DNA of 64,000 nt from Heptranchias perlo (Eukaryota). Shown in pieces: positions 1 to 11,400 of this stretch. Where the stretch lies: the NCBI RefSeq assembly GCF_035084215.1, contig NC_090365.1, forward strand, positions 4,464,001-4,528,000, written 5' to 3'. Within the stretch, counting starts at the first letter, position 1; every line of letters starts with the position of its first letter. Both the position numbers and the translations under genes were made by a program. A model generated the notes under the pieces. That model was not told the DNA's origin and made no database searches. It saw nothing but the letters and a program-made list of their open reading frames with translations.

Positions 1-1421
1 TCCAATTAATGTTTTTCACTAGTTCTCCAATGAGTAAATGGACTATCCAGTATGATACTGAGCTTTACAGGCAGGCAGTCCCAAGATTCAACACTGTTAT
101 ACTGTTGTTCTCAGTTGAGGTGTTAGTGGGGAAACTACAACTGGTCTCCATTTTCTTGGGACAGGAAAGGATAAATCAGCAGGATTGTCATCCAGACCAT
201 CTAGTGACCCATTCTGTGTGTGAACGTTAGGTTTGGCCAAGATTAAGTTCAGCCGTGATAACCCCAATGATCTAATAACCTGCTAGTCCTCATTACTAGG
301 CTAACACATGAAGAATCGACACTTGGGCGAGATACTGACTGGAGAGTTACCTCAGCTTGAGCTAGGGTCCTCGGGAAAGAAGGATAAAACATCGGGAGTG
401 ATTTCCAAACTGAATATTCCCTGGAGGACATCACAGTGCTCTGTGATATCATTACTGCAGGTTTATCAGGAATGGTAAATTACAATGAGATCCCATACAT
501 CATATAGGATTATATACAACATAACACATAGGCTGGAATACATTAGATAACAGCGACACACCACAAGTTCCAAATAATAATCATTTAATGGTGATTTACA
601 ATTGCAAAGCATTCCCAACTCAGATTATTCAATATTATATTATATACACAGGTAGAGGTTGTGGCCAGTTTAATGCCATTTTCGTGTTCTTTTTTGCCTG
701 GTGGATGCCATAATGAACAGCAATTGCATCAGGGTGATTTGAAGTGCTACTAAACTACATGATTTGAACTGCAGTAATATCAGATTTTATTTCATTCTAT
801 GCTACAAGGAATATTATATAACCAGAGACGATGTTTTTTCACGGTATGACACTCTTGTATCCATTAACTCATAACTCAGCATCTTTCTGATGCGTGACCA
901 GCAGTGATATACAATTAGGGTCGTACAGGGTATATTTCAGGGGTCCCGCAGGAATCCAGAGACTGATGTTGGCCTTTCAAATTGTGGAATCCCTGGAACT
1001 CAGCATCCTTAGGAAGATATCCCACATATCCTGTGTACAAGTCACTCATTGTAGAATTTTTACAGGAATTCTCAAGCTCTCCTAGCTGCATAATATCATT
1101 TCACACGTGAAATTCCTTTTGCAGAGATGCGAATATTAGTTACAGAAGGGACTCAATTGCTGGATAGATCCAGGTCATAAATCCAATGAATTTTGGGACG
1201 GTCGGTGAGATGATGTTAAATGTCCAGTGAAACCTCTTTTAAACTGGTAAATTAATAAAGGGGGTTTATAGTGAATATAATCTGTGGTTCTTGCAACAAT
1301 GACCCCAAAATATTGCTCAACTCAAATTGTTTGTGGGTTTAATGGACAATTAGGATCTGAAGGAGGTTTATGTAACTAGCAAACTCACGTAAATAAAATT
1401 ATATAAAATGACAGTGCTCAC

Positions 1422-2007
1422 CCGCTAAACTATCGTAACAGTCGATCTCGGTGCTTTCGATAAGTCGTTTCTGCTCCTCGGTTAGTCTGCTGTGTGCTTT
1501 GCTCAATGCACTCACTTCTGGACCCGAAGCCTCGATGATCCGCATCCCTTTGAGCTGCAGCAGCGCCCGGTGATACTTCCCGATCGCCTCCCGGAATTTC
1601 TTCTCCTTGTAACACTGGTTCCCTTCGATCTTGAAGCCCACCGCCTTCTGGATCTTGCAGCCGCTGTCCGACTCCCCGTCCCTGTGGTAGGCTGATGGGT
1701 TCCTGGGGTCCGGGAAGCCCGGCGCAGCCCTCAGAGGATCCCGGCTGCTGGCTGAAGGCTGGCCCGCTCCCCTCGCTCCCGTCCCGGGCTGCCTCTTGGC
1801 GATGCCCCCTAGACTGATGCTCTGCGTTTTCAGGGGATTTTTGGCTTCCATTTCTCTCACAGGCAGACCATTTTGTGCCAGATCCGAAACCTGTCGCCTC
1901 TTGATGGTTTGTAGCAATTTGCTGTGCATAAATAAGGGCGTCTGTCTGTGTGATTTAACCCCTGTAATTGGTGAGATCCTGTAACACAAGCTGTCCTTCA
2001 GCACCAT
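1422..2007 (-). CDS. TTC9B: Tetratricopeptide repeat protein 9B-like, first coding exon (gene continues beyond the left edge of the window)
   Basis: The ORF contains KAVGFKIEGNQCYKEKKFREAIGKYHRALLQLKG...RLTEEQKRLIESTEIDCYDSLA, typical of the TTC9/TTC9B N-terminal TPR. It ends at the donor GCG G|GTGAG (intron starts at 1421). In-frame ATGs lie at 2007, 1929 and 1851, so the true start is uncertain. The B paralogue call rests on the YKEKKFREAIGKY motif and on neighbouring 19q13-type genes. Confidence 0.85.
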
Positions 2008-2708
2008 GGAGAGCGCAGGCTTACAGCGCGCAGCTCCCAGGGCAATCTTACTGCATCAGCGCCCGTTTCTCCCCATTAACCCTTGAAGGTATTTAACCCC
2101 TCCCTCCTCCCCCCCACCAAAAAAACACACTCACACACAGGGTTGATGCAACCCACGAAGGAATTGCTGTAATAGTTTGGACATTGGCAATAATCTGCTC
2201 CAAGACACCACCAATCTTTGCAAGGTTGCATTGTCCCCCTGCACTGTGATCCCTCAATATATTTGCAGCAAAGGGCATATCTGGTGCTAATCTATATTTT
2301 AACTCTGCATATTGTCACAATTCATTTGTATGGCTGTGCTGCAAGGGTGATATAATCAATAAGCTCTTTTGATGCCTTCTGTGCCCCATGTTGGGATTAT
2401 ATCCCCTTCCGAGTCAATATTTTCATTAACACCACTGCATTTTTTTGAAGTTTGTTGTAACCGGTGAGGCGGGGCTGCAGTTCTGCAGTGTTGTTCTGAG
2501 TGTCCCCAGTGGGCTGATGCAACGAACTCCTGCTACAATCAATAAAGACGTATAACGGTACAAATCAGAAGACCAAAGGCAGCCTGGACACGATGAACAC
2601 ACATTCAAACTGTTTTGTTCTCTGTGTTCCCTTTGTGGTCCTGGGTCAGGAGAACAAGTGGTCAGCGAGCACCCAGGCTCGCTGTAAAGAGTTACAAGGG
2701 ACATGGTG

Positions 2709-4522
2709 AATAGTGGTGGACAATTAAACAACTAACGGGAGGAGAAGGTTCCGTCAATATCCCCATCCTCAATGATGGCAGAGTCCAGCAGGTGAGTGCA
2801 AAAGACAAGGCTGAAGCGTTTGCAACTATCTTCAGCCAGAAGTGCTGAGTGGATGATCCATCTCGGCCTCCTCCCGATATCCCCGCCATCAGACGCCAGT
2901 CTTGAGCCAATTCGATTCACTCCACGTGATATCAAGCGGCTGAGTGCACTGGATACAGCAAAGGCTATGGGCCCTGACAACATCCTGTAGTGCTGAAGCC
3001 GTGCTCCAGAACTAGCCATGCTTCTAGCCAAGCTGTTCCAGTACAGCGACAACACTGGCATCTACCCGACAATGTGGAAAATTGCCCAGGTATGTCCTGT
3101 CCACAAAAAACAGGACAAATCCAATCCGGCCAATTACCATCCCATCAGTCTACTCTCAATCATCAGCAAAGCGATGGAAGGTGTCGTCGACAGTGCTATC
3201 AAGGGGCACTTACTCACCAATAACCTGCTCACCGATGCTCAGTTTGGGTTCTGCCAGGACCACTCGGCTCCAGACCTCATTACAGCCTTGGTCCAAACAT
3301 GGACAAAACAGCTGAATTCCAGAGGTGAGGTGAGAGTGACTGCCCTTGACATCAAGGCAGCATTTGACCGAGTGTGGCACCAAGGAGCCCTAATAAAATT
3401 GAAGTCAATAAGAATCAGGGGGAAAACTCTCCAGTGGCTGGAGTCACACCTAGCACAAAGGAAGATGGTAGTGGTTGTTGGAGGCCAATCATCTCAGCCC
3501 AGGACATTGCTGCAGGAGTTCCTCAGGGCAGTGTCCTAGGCCCAACCATCTTCAGCTGCTTCATCAATGACATTCCCTCCATCATAAGGTCAGAAATGGG
3601 GATGTTTGCTGATGATTGCACAGTGTTCAGTTCCATTCACAACCCCTCAGATAATGAAGCAGTCCGTGCCCACATGCAGCAAGACCTGGACAACATGCAG
3701 CAAGACCTGGACAACATCCAGGCTTGGGCTGATAAGTGACAAGTAACATTCGCGCCAGATAAGTGCCAGGCAATACCATCTCCGACAAGAGAGTCTAACC
3801 ACCTCCCCTTGACATTCAACGGCATTACCATCGCCGAATCCCCCACCATCAACATCCTGGGGGTCACCACTGACCAGAAACTTAACTGGACCAGCCACAT
3901 AATACTGGCTACAAGAGCAGGTCAGAAGCTGGGTATTCTGCAGCCAGTGACTCACCTACTGTCTCCCCAATGCCTTTCCACCATCTACAAGGCACAAGTC
4001 AGGAGTGTGATGGAATACTCTCCACTTGCCTGGATGAGTGCAGCTCCAACACCACAAGAAGCTCGACACCATCCAGGACAAAGCAGCCCGCTTGATTGGC
4101 ACCCCAACAACCACCCTAAACATTCACTCCCTTCACCACCGGCGCACCGTGGCTGCAGTGTGTACCATCTACAGGACGCACTGCAGCAACTCGCCAAGGC
4201 TTCTTTGACAGCACCTACCAAACCCGTGACCTCTACCACCTAGAAGGACAAGAGTAACAAGCACATGGGAACACCACCACCTGCACGTTCCCCTCCAAGT
4301 CCAACACCATCCCAACTTGGAACTATATCGCCGTTCCTTCATCGTCACTGGGTCAAAATCCTGGAACTCCCTACCTAACAGCAATGTGGGAGAACCTTCA
4401 CCACATGGATTGCAGCGGTTCAAGAAGGCGGCTCACCACCACCTTCTCAAGGGCAATTAGGGATGGGCAATAAATGCTGGCCTTGTCAGTGACGCCCACA
4501 TCCCATGAACGAATAAAAAAAA
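2709..4522 (+). mobile_element. 5'-truncated non-LTR retrotransposon (CR1/L2 superclade LINE) with frameshifted reverse transcriptase
   Basis: Fragments read WKIAQVCPVHKK..NYHPISLLS, LDIKAAFDRVWH, GVPQGSVLGP, FADD; the 3' tail is ...gacgcccacatcccatgaacgaataaaaaaaa; several stops and frameshifts. Confidence 0.9.
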
Positions 4523-5713
4523 TTAGATAATTAAGGAGACAACACCCCTTTTATTTGCTAGCACAGACCACACACACCCTTTCCTACTTACATAAGGAGC
4601 TTTCTTTCCAAACAAAGTTTCATGCATTTCATTATTTTTTAAAAAAGTTATCCTTATAAACAAAATAATTTGAGATGGCCATGGTTTAATGGTCGTCAAA
4701 GTTACAGAGTAGACACCCTCTTATAGAACCATGTGCCTATAAGGAACCCACAATTCCCTCTCCTACAGGTTTTGCAAATGGGATATCTTCCCTCATATAA
4801 ATACACCATGTCCCAGATTTTAAAAATTCAGCACATTCATCTCAGTAGAAAGACCTTTACATTGGCAAGTTGCATATCAATTGTAATACAGAAATGGACA
4901 TTTGAGACTAGGACATACTGTGTGTCAATTCAGGAACTGGTGTGCCTTTATCTAGCATTTCAGTTAAGTATTGTGCCTGTACACAAATGTCATGTGTCTC
5001 TGGTTCACCAGCCTGGGCGTACTACCCATTTTATCAGCACAACTGGTTTTGTGTTTCACTCACACAGTTGTAAACTCCTGCACCTTTCCTTTTAGAGCAT
5101 GTGAGGTGAGCTGGTGGCTGCCTCCTCCCCCCAGCGTTAATCTGTTGTCTGAAACTCCTTAACCCTGGGCACCTCGGCGCACACCCATTATAAGTTGAGA
5201 TGAGAGGCACTGGAAGCCATTTCACAAACACCATTCCAAGCTAATTCAACTCGGAGCATTGGAATTAAAATTTCAGACATCAGGTTTTAATTTTCATTTA
5301 AAATTAAATTTTGTGTTTAAAGCACGAACAATGTACTATTACAAGTTTCATTAAATAAAAATTTCAATCTGGAAGTTACGGTCATCCGTCTTTAGACCTT
5401 TACAATCAAAAACAGGCTCCGGTGGACAGGAAGAGTCAACATTTTACTATATTTTTCATTGATAAAGTTTCCAAAGCGAGCGTTAAACAGAAAGTTAGGA
5501 ACCTGCTAAGCTTAAAAAATTTTCAGTAGCTGCTCTTCAATCACTCCATGAGTTTGCCAACTTGCATAGTTTATACATTTGAAGAAGGAAAAAAAGTTTT
5601 TGTGGTATAAATATGTAACTTGGCAGTCTTGAGAGATTAAAAGTGTGTGCAGTTAACGAAAGAAGCAAGGAGTAACACAGGGGCACACAATGTGCTGATG
5701 AAAACATATTGTC

Positions 5714-5935
5714 ATTGGCGGCTGTGCCTTTAGCTGCCTAGGCCCCAAGCTCTGGAATTCCCTCTCTAAACCTCTCTCTCCTCTTTTAAGGCGCTCTTTA
5801 AAACTTACCTCTTTGACCAAACTTTTGGTCACCTGTCCTAATATCTCCTTATGTGGCTCGGTGTCAAACTTTGTTTCATAATGCTCCTGTAAAGATGTCT
5901 TACTATGTTAAAGGCGATATATAAATGCAAGTTGT
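5714..5935 (+). mobile_element. L2-type LINE 3' fragment
   Basis: ctctggaattccctc...aaaggcgatatataaatgcaagttg tail shared with other L2 copies in the window. Confidence 0.75.
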
Positions 5936-7944
5936 GTGACTTCCAAATGTATCTTGAACAAACTCAGTGGTTAAAATTCACAGCTGCAGCTTTGGCTCCC
6001 AAAATATTAGATGAAATGGTAAACTGCAAAATGCCACCTTCCTCAGGCCTTCTGATTTTTGTTTGCGTGTGCGTGCAAAGTCGGGTCAACAAATGTTGGG
6101 TGAAATTAGCTGACAGCAAACCTTGGGATCAAAAATAAAACAAAATGCTTGTAATCGGAAAAGTTCAAGTGGGAAATCACAGCTCGTCAGGAATAGCACA
6201 AGCCCTGGTCAATGTGACAGCAGGCACTGAACGGCAGCGATGTTTTGCAAAGGAAAGGGACAAAGTAGGTAATCCTACTTGTTTCTGATGAGGGAGAGGG
6301 GGCAGATGTACAAATTTAGCTTGAGGATCTCTCTGGGTTTGAGTTTTAGTGGGTTTAATCCTAAAATTTGGAATTCTTCTTTCCAGTTTCATTATTGGCT
6401 TAAACACTAAAAACAGAAAGCCATATTATATGTAATAAAAAACGTTCACTAGGATCTATGCGCAACCAAAAGAGTTGGGGTCTGGTCAACCATGGGAGGA
6501 CAAACAGAATAAGTTCCACAAATGGGTCATGATCTGGGTTTTAAAAAGATATTTTTGAGCTGCTAAACACAAAGTAGGCAGCCAACTAGCTACCAAAATG
6601 GGGGAAAGAAACTACTTTCCACCCTAAGAAAACTGTAGAAATGCACAGATAAAAGCAAATCATCACACACAACAGTTCTATTAACGACTGGCAAAGAAAA
6701 GCCGCTTAAAAGCTGCCAGCGTTGATTTCCCCCAAAGCCGAAAATAAATAAAAGCCAGGGCCTCGGCATTTTGGGAACCAATGATGGCCAAACTTAGCTT
6801 ACGGTGGGACTCAAATGAACACAGGACGTTAAAAGTAACAACTACATTTGATGTACACAAGTATCTAAACTGTATAACATGCAATACTGGCCTGAATGTT
6901 AATCCTCTCCAACTTAAGAACGCTTCAATATTGGCCAATGCACAAATGCCTAGAGCTCACTCACTGTTACAGCTGCATTTTCTGCCTAATCCAGCTCATG
7001 AATTTCATCATCATCCTAGTTGTTATAAACTCTTTGAAATGTTTTGTTTGCTTGAACGTGCATTGGCACAATTTTGGTAGCCACCGGTGACCATGTTTGA
7101 GTTTGGCTACTGCACTGGATCGAACGTCATAAATGTTTAAAAAAAAACGCAAGTTAATTTGACGAGCCAGGTTTCCGAGTTAGTGGCCAAACTGGCTACC
7201 TGGTCAAAACCTAATCCACAAATCAAACTATGGTACAGAGCTGAATTAAACTTATTTTATATATTCTAATGAATCATGGAAAACAAACTGTTGGGAAAGA
7301 ACTGCCCATAAATACAGAGAGTTAGGCGTAAAACACTCTGAATTGCATAAAATAGCTTGTGAAAGCAGCATGCTTTGAACAATTTTGCACCCATCACTTC
7401 CTCAGTGCCGAGATATCCCAATATCACAAAAGCCCATTAATACCAATAGCTATGTTGTGAACTAAAATTCTGTTTTATCTATGTCTCCGTTGTTCAGAAT
7501 CCGTTGAATTAATGACTGCAATCAGAGACACTGCACAACTCTGCACCACGTGAAATCACAAAAGTCCCCAGAAAGATCCGTTCGCATCAATCACACAGCA
7601 ATCCTTGCGCCAATGCAAGGCAGCAACCTGGGGTGCAAAATATCTGCATCAGATTTAGCAGCCCCTTAAAAAGGCCAGTTTCAATCCCCTCCCGCCCCAA
7701 CACAAAAAAAAATGGGGTTCCCAATAAAATATATCAGAACAAAATTGTTGTGCCAATTAAAATCCAGTCCTTGTTGACTGTTATCTCCAGTGTCTTTTGG
7801 CTGTAAATAGATATTTGGAAATTACCCAAACCACAGTGTTTCAGTCAATGTTAAAAGTGGTGTTTTGCCAAGACTAAAGAGGCAGCTTTTATACATACAA
7901 AAATAAAGTATTGTGTGTTTGTGTGTGCCCTTAGTGAAATGCCA

Positions 7945-8490
7945 CTATTTCAGCTTCTTGCCCAGTCTTTCGAACACGCTGACAGTTCCTGTGGCGTCCA
8001 TCTGAGCAAGGCGACCTTCAGTGCTGCTGGTCACTTTGGTACTAACTGCGGCCCGTGCAGTGTTCTTGATGGTCACGGTGAACTCGGGGCTTCCTCGACT
8101 TTTGGTGCTGGTGACCTTGTTGTCCTGCGTGTCCGCCTCAGCCGTGATGGGCTTCCCTAATCTCTGCCTGACGCTGACCTTCGCTTTAGCCGCTGGCTGC
8201 AGTCTGAGCGCGGGGGCCGCTACTGGGGCCTGAACGCCAGGGCTGGGGACGGTCCTGCCGCTGGCTTTGGGGAGGGCCAACCGCCTTATTGTGGTAACCG
8301 TGGGCTTGGCTTTAAAAGCCGAGAGTTTCATCTTGGTTGTGAGTGCAGGCTTGACGCTCTCCTTCACGTTTGCAGTTGGGGTTCTCTTCAAGACCCCAGC
8401 ATACTGAAGCACAGAACCAGCATCATCGTCATCACTGCTCTCCTTCTTCTGGTTGACGACTTCACCCAGACGACTGAAGACTCCTGTCGG
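7945..8490 (-). CDS. C19orf47: C19orf47 coding exon 8 (last)
   Basis: Acceptor tctctcttag|CCG; PTGVFSRLG...LQYAGVLKR...VSVFERLGKKLK*. Confidence 0.92.
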   Translation of the reverse strand, partial: PTGVFSRLGEVVNQKKESSDDDDAGSVLQYAGVLKRTPTANVKESVKPALTTKMKLSAFKAKPTVTTIRRLALPKASGRTVPSPGVQAPVAAPALRLQPAAKAKVSVRQRLGKPITAEADTQDNKVTSTKSRGSPEFTVTIKNTARAAVSTKVTSSTEGRLAQMDATGTVSVFERLGKKLK

Positions 8491-11400
8491 CTAAGAGAGA
8501 CGCAGCATTTCAGCAAAGGTACAGATTTCCGACATCAGTGGCTGAATTTATTCCGCGTCCATTTCCACTGTCCCGTCAGTACCCCAGTGCATTTTCTAAT
8601 TATGAGGAGAGACTGGAGAAACTGGGGCTCTTTTCATTAGAACAAAGATGGCTAAAAGGAGATCTGATAAGAGGAGTCCAAAATGATGAACGGTTCTGAT
8701 AAAGCAAATTTCAACTATATAAATTTATCATCAGCAAGGGATGTAGGGAAGAGGTTAGGAGAATTTTTATGCAGAGGGTCGTTGGGACATGGCGTACACT
8801 ACCAGAAATAGTGGTAGGAGCAGAATTCATAAAAGCTTTTAAAAGGGAAATCACACTATCTTACAGCATAGGAGGCGGCCATTCAGCCCATCGTGCCAGT
8901 GCCAGCTCCACATTAGTTACTTACCTCAATCCCATTTCACTGTTTTTTTCCTTTAATATTTTTCATAGAAACAAATCTTTCAAAGCAAAATGTCATTGTC
9001 TCATATCGCAAATATAAACAGTGACATGTCGTCTTCTTTATTATCAACAAGGCTTTGCAATAATTTTTTAAAAATTAGTATTGGGAATTCCAAATCAGAT
9101 CAGGACAGCTGCAAACAGGAGGCTGGGCAGGGTCTTCCTCACAGTGAAAGAGTGAAAACTGGGTGGGTAACGTCACCCACCTGACCAGTCCTGAGCTCCC
9201 CCTGGGCAAAATTCATCCCTTAACCAACACGGTCAGAACAAAAGAAGCTTTGCGATCGGCTGAGGATGTGAAAAGAGGATAGGAGAACCTTCACCACATG
9301 GACTGCAGCGGTTCAAGAAGGCGGCTCATCACCACCATCTCAAGGGCAATTAGGGATGGGCAATAAATGCCGGCCTCGCCAGCGATGCCCACATCTCATG
9401 AACGAATAAAAAAAATGTGCTCTATAAATGCAAGCTCTTTGGGGGCAATTTTAACCTAACCCGCCCATCAGAAAGTTGCCGGATTCAGGTTCAAAGCTGG
9501 TTTTAAACCCCCCCACCACCAATTTTACTCTCCATTGTAATATTGGGCATTCCACCCGATCCCGTGGCTTTTCCGCCCAGCAAGTGAGGCTAAAATTGCA
9601 CCCTTTCAATTAGAACAGCATTTACACTAGCCCTGATGGGGTACATGATATAGAGAGCAATTTTTTTTGGAGGTCAGGGCAGTTCTTTTATTTCCTACAC
9701 ATAAATCTGTCCTAAATATTTAAAAAAATATTTCTTCTCGATGTGGGTGACACTGGCAAGTCTGCATTTATTGCTCATCCCTAGTTGCCCAGAGAAGGAG
9801 GTTGTCAATCTGGCAGCAATTGTTTTTGCAATTAAGTGCCTCGCTAGGCATCAAAAATCAACTATGTAGTGTGGGGCTGGATGGAGTGGGCAGGTTCCCT
9901 TCCCTGTAGGACATTAATGAACCAGTTGGGTCATTTAATTTCCTGGTGCCAGCTGAATTCAATTTCGCAATTAGCCATGGTGGGATTTGAACTCACAACA
10001 TCTAGGTTTCTAGCCCAGTGCTATATCCACTACAGCACTGTACACAACAGGTTACCTGACTCGCTCACTGAAAAAAATGTTAAGCAATCCGTTTAAAAAC
10101 AAATGCTGCATTTCATTCAGGCCTCACCTTGTTCCCAGTAGTGGTGTCTGCTTTTGCTTCTGCACCAAGCCTATCAAAAACAGACATTCTTGGCAAACCT
10201 AGAGTTGGGACAAAAAAAGAGCAAACATTTACAGTACTGGCACCAATTCGGTCATCTCAAATACACAAGAGAGAGCTTAACAATACCTGAAAGTTTAGGA
10301 TTTTGTTAGTGTCTCGAGTACTTTGAAGCTTTCTAGTGTCTAAAATATGGAACTGTGAGCTGCAAATTTCCGAGTACTAGAATCAGCATTATTACTGTGA
10401 CGTGGAACAAAAAAAACTGTCAGCCCTGTTTGTTAGTGCTAAGGTATTTACAGACTTAATCTGCACTACAACATGAGGAGTACTTGCTGTGTTAGCATGC
10501 AGAAGTCACCCAACAGTATGCACTGTGTGATCACTTTACCTTTCGTGGCTTGCTGTTCCAGGATTTTCTTAGTTTTTGCAGTTGTCCCTTTTGGCATATT
10601 GATTATGTATTTACCTTCCATTTCTGCAGTCACTCGGCGTCGCTTTGCAAGAGCGTCGGGACCGGGATCAGCTGGTCTAGAAAGAACTGGACAACAAAAT
10701 GCTAATGGTCAGTATAAGGTATAATGAAAGAAACAGCGCAGAGGACCAAAACAAAGAAATCCATCTCACTTTAACTTTCACGTCTCCCAGCCCCTCAAAT
10801 TCTACTAGAGTTTCTTTTAATTCAAATTATCTGGTAATTCAATTTTTTAGCACTAAATGTCCTGTTATTTATGTTGCTTAATTCAAATTATTGAATAATT
10901 CGCACCTTCAGTGCAAAGACAACTCGGAATTATCGGTAGACTGTAGATGATCACTCGTACTGCAATGGTGATTACTGTGAACGACCATCATCGTTTTTTC
11001 ACATCACAATAATCCTTATTCGAATCAGCTGTCCTCACCAGCCACATGCACAAGTCACATCTGTAAAAGTGGCCATTCCATTCGCCCTGAGCTCAGTATA
11101 GAGACCAAAAGTATTCAGCTGACAGGATTCTTTGGCATAAAGTTAGAAGACACTATTTAGAAATTGGGCATTTTAATCCAACAGTTCACTAAATTGCGTC
11201 CACGTCAGCAAAATATTACTGTTGTAATTGGTCATATAGACTGCTACATTTTGCTGGCCTCGCTTTAAGTCCAGCCAAAAATGCACCCTGAAAACACAGC
11301 ACTCACTTTGTGCCACTGACGTCATAGATTAGAGATCAAAGTACAAACTGACACTTGTACCTGAACGAGTTTTGGGAAGGGGGAGGAGAGGACGTGTGGA

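Noticed and set aside
1-1421. Further TTC9B exons
   Set aside because: No ACLLQ-type second exon could be found; the remaining exons must lie left of the window.
3018-4243. Reverse transcriptase ORFs as a retron, group II intron or DGR system
   Set aside because: The motifs and A-tailed 3' end are those of a eukaryotic non-LTR retrotransposon, broken by frameshifts and present in multiple decayed copies.
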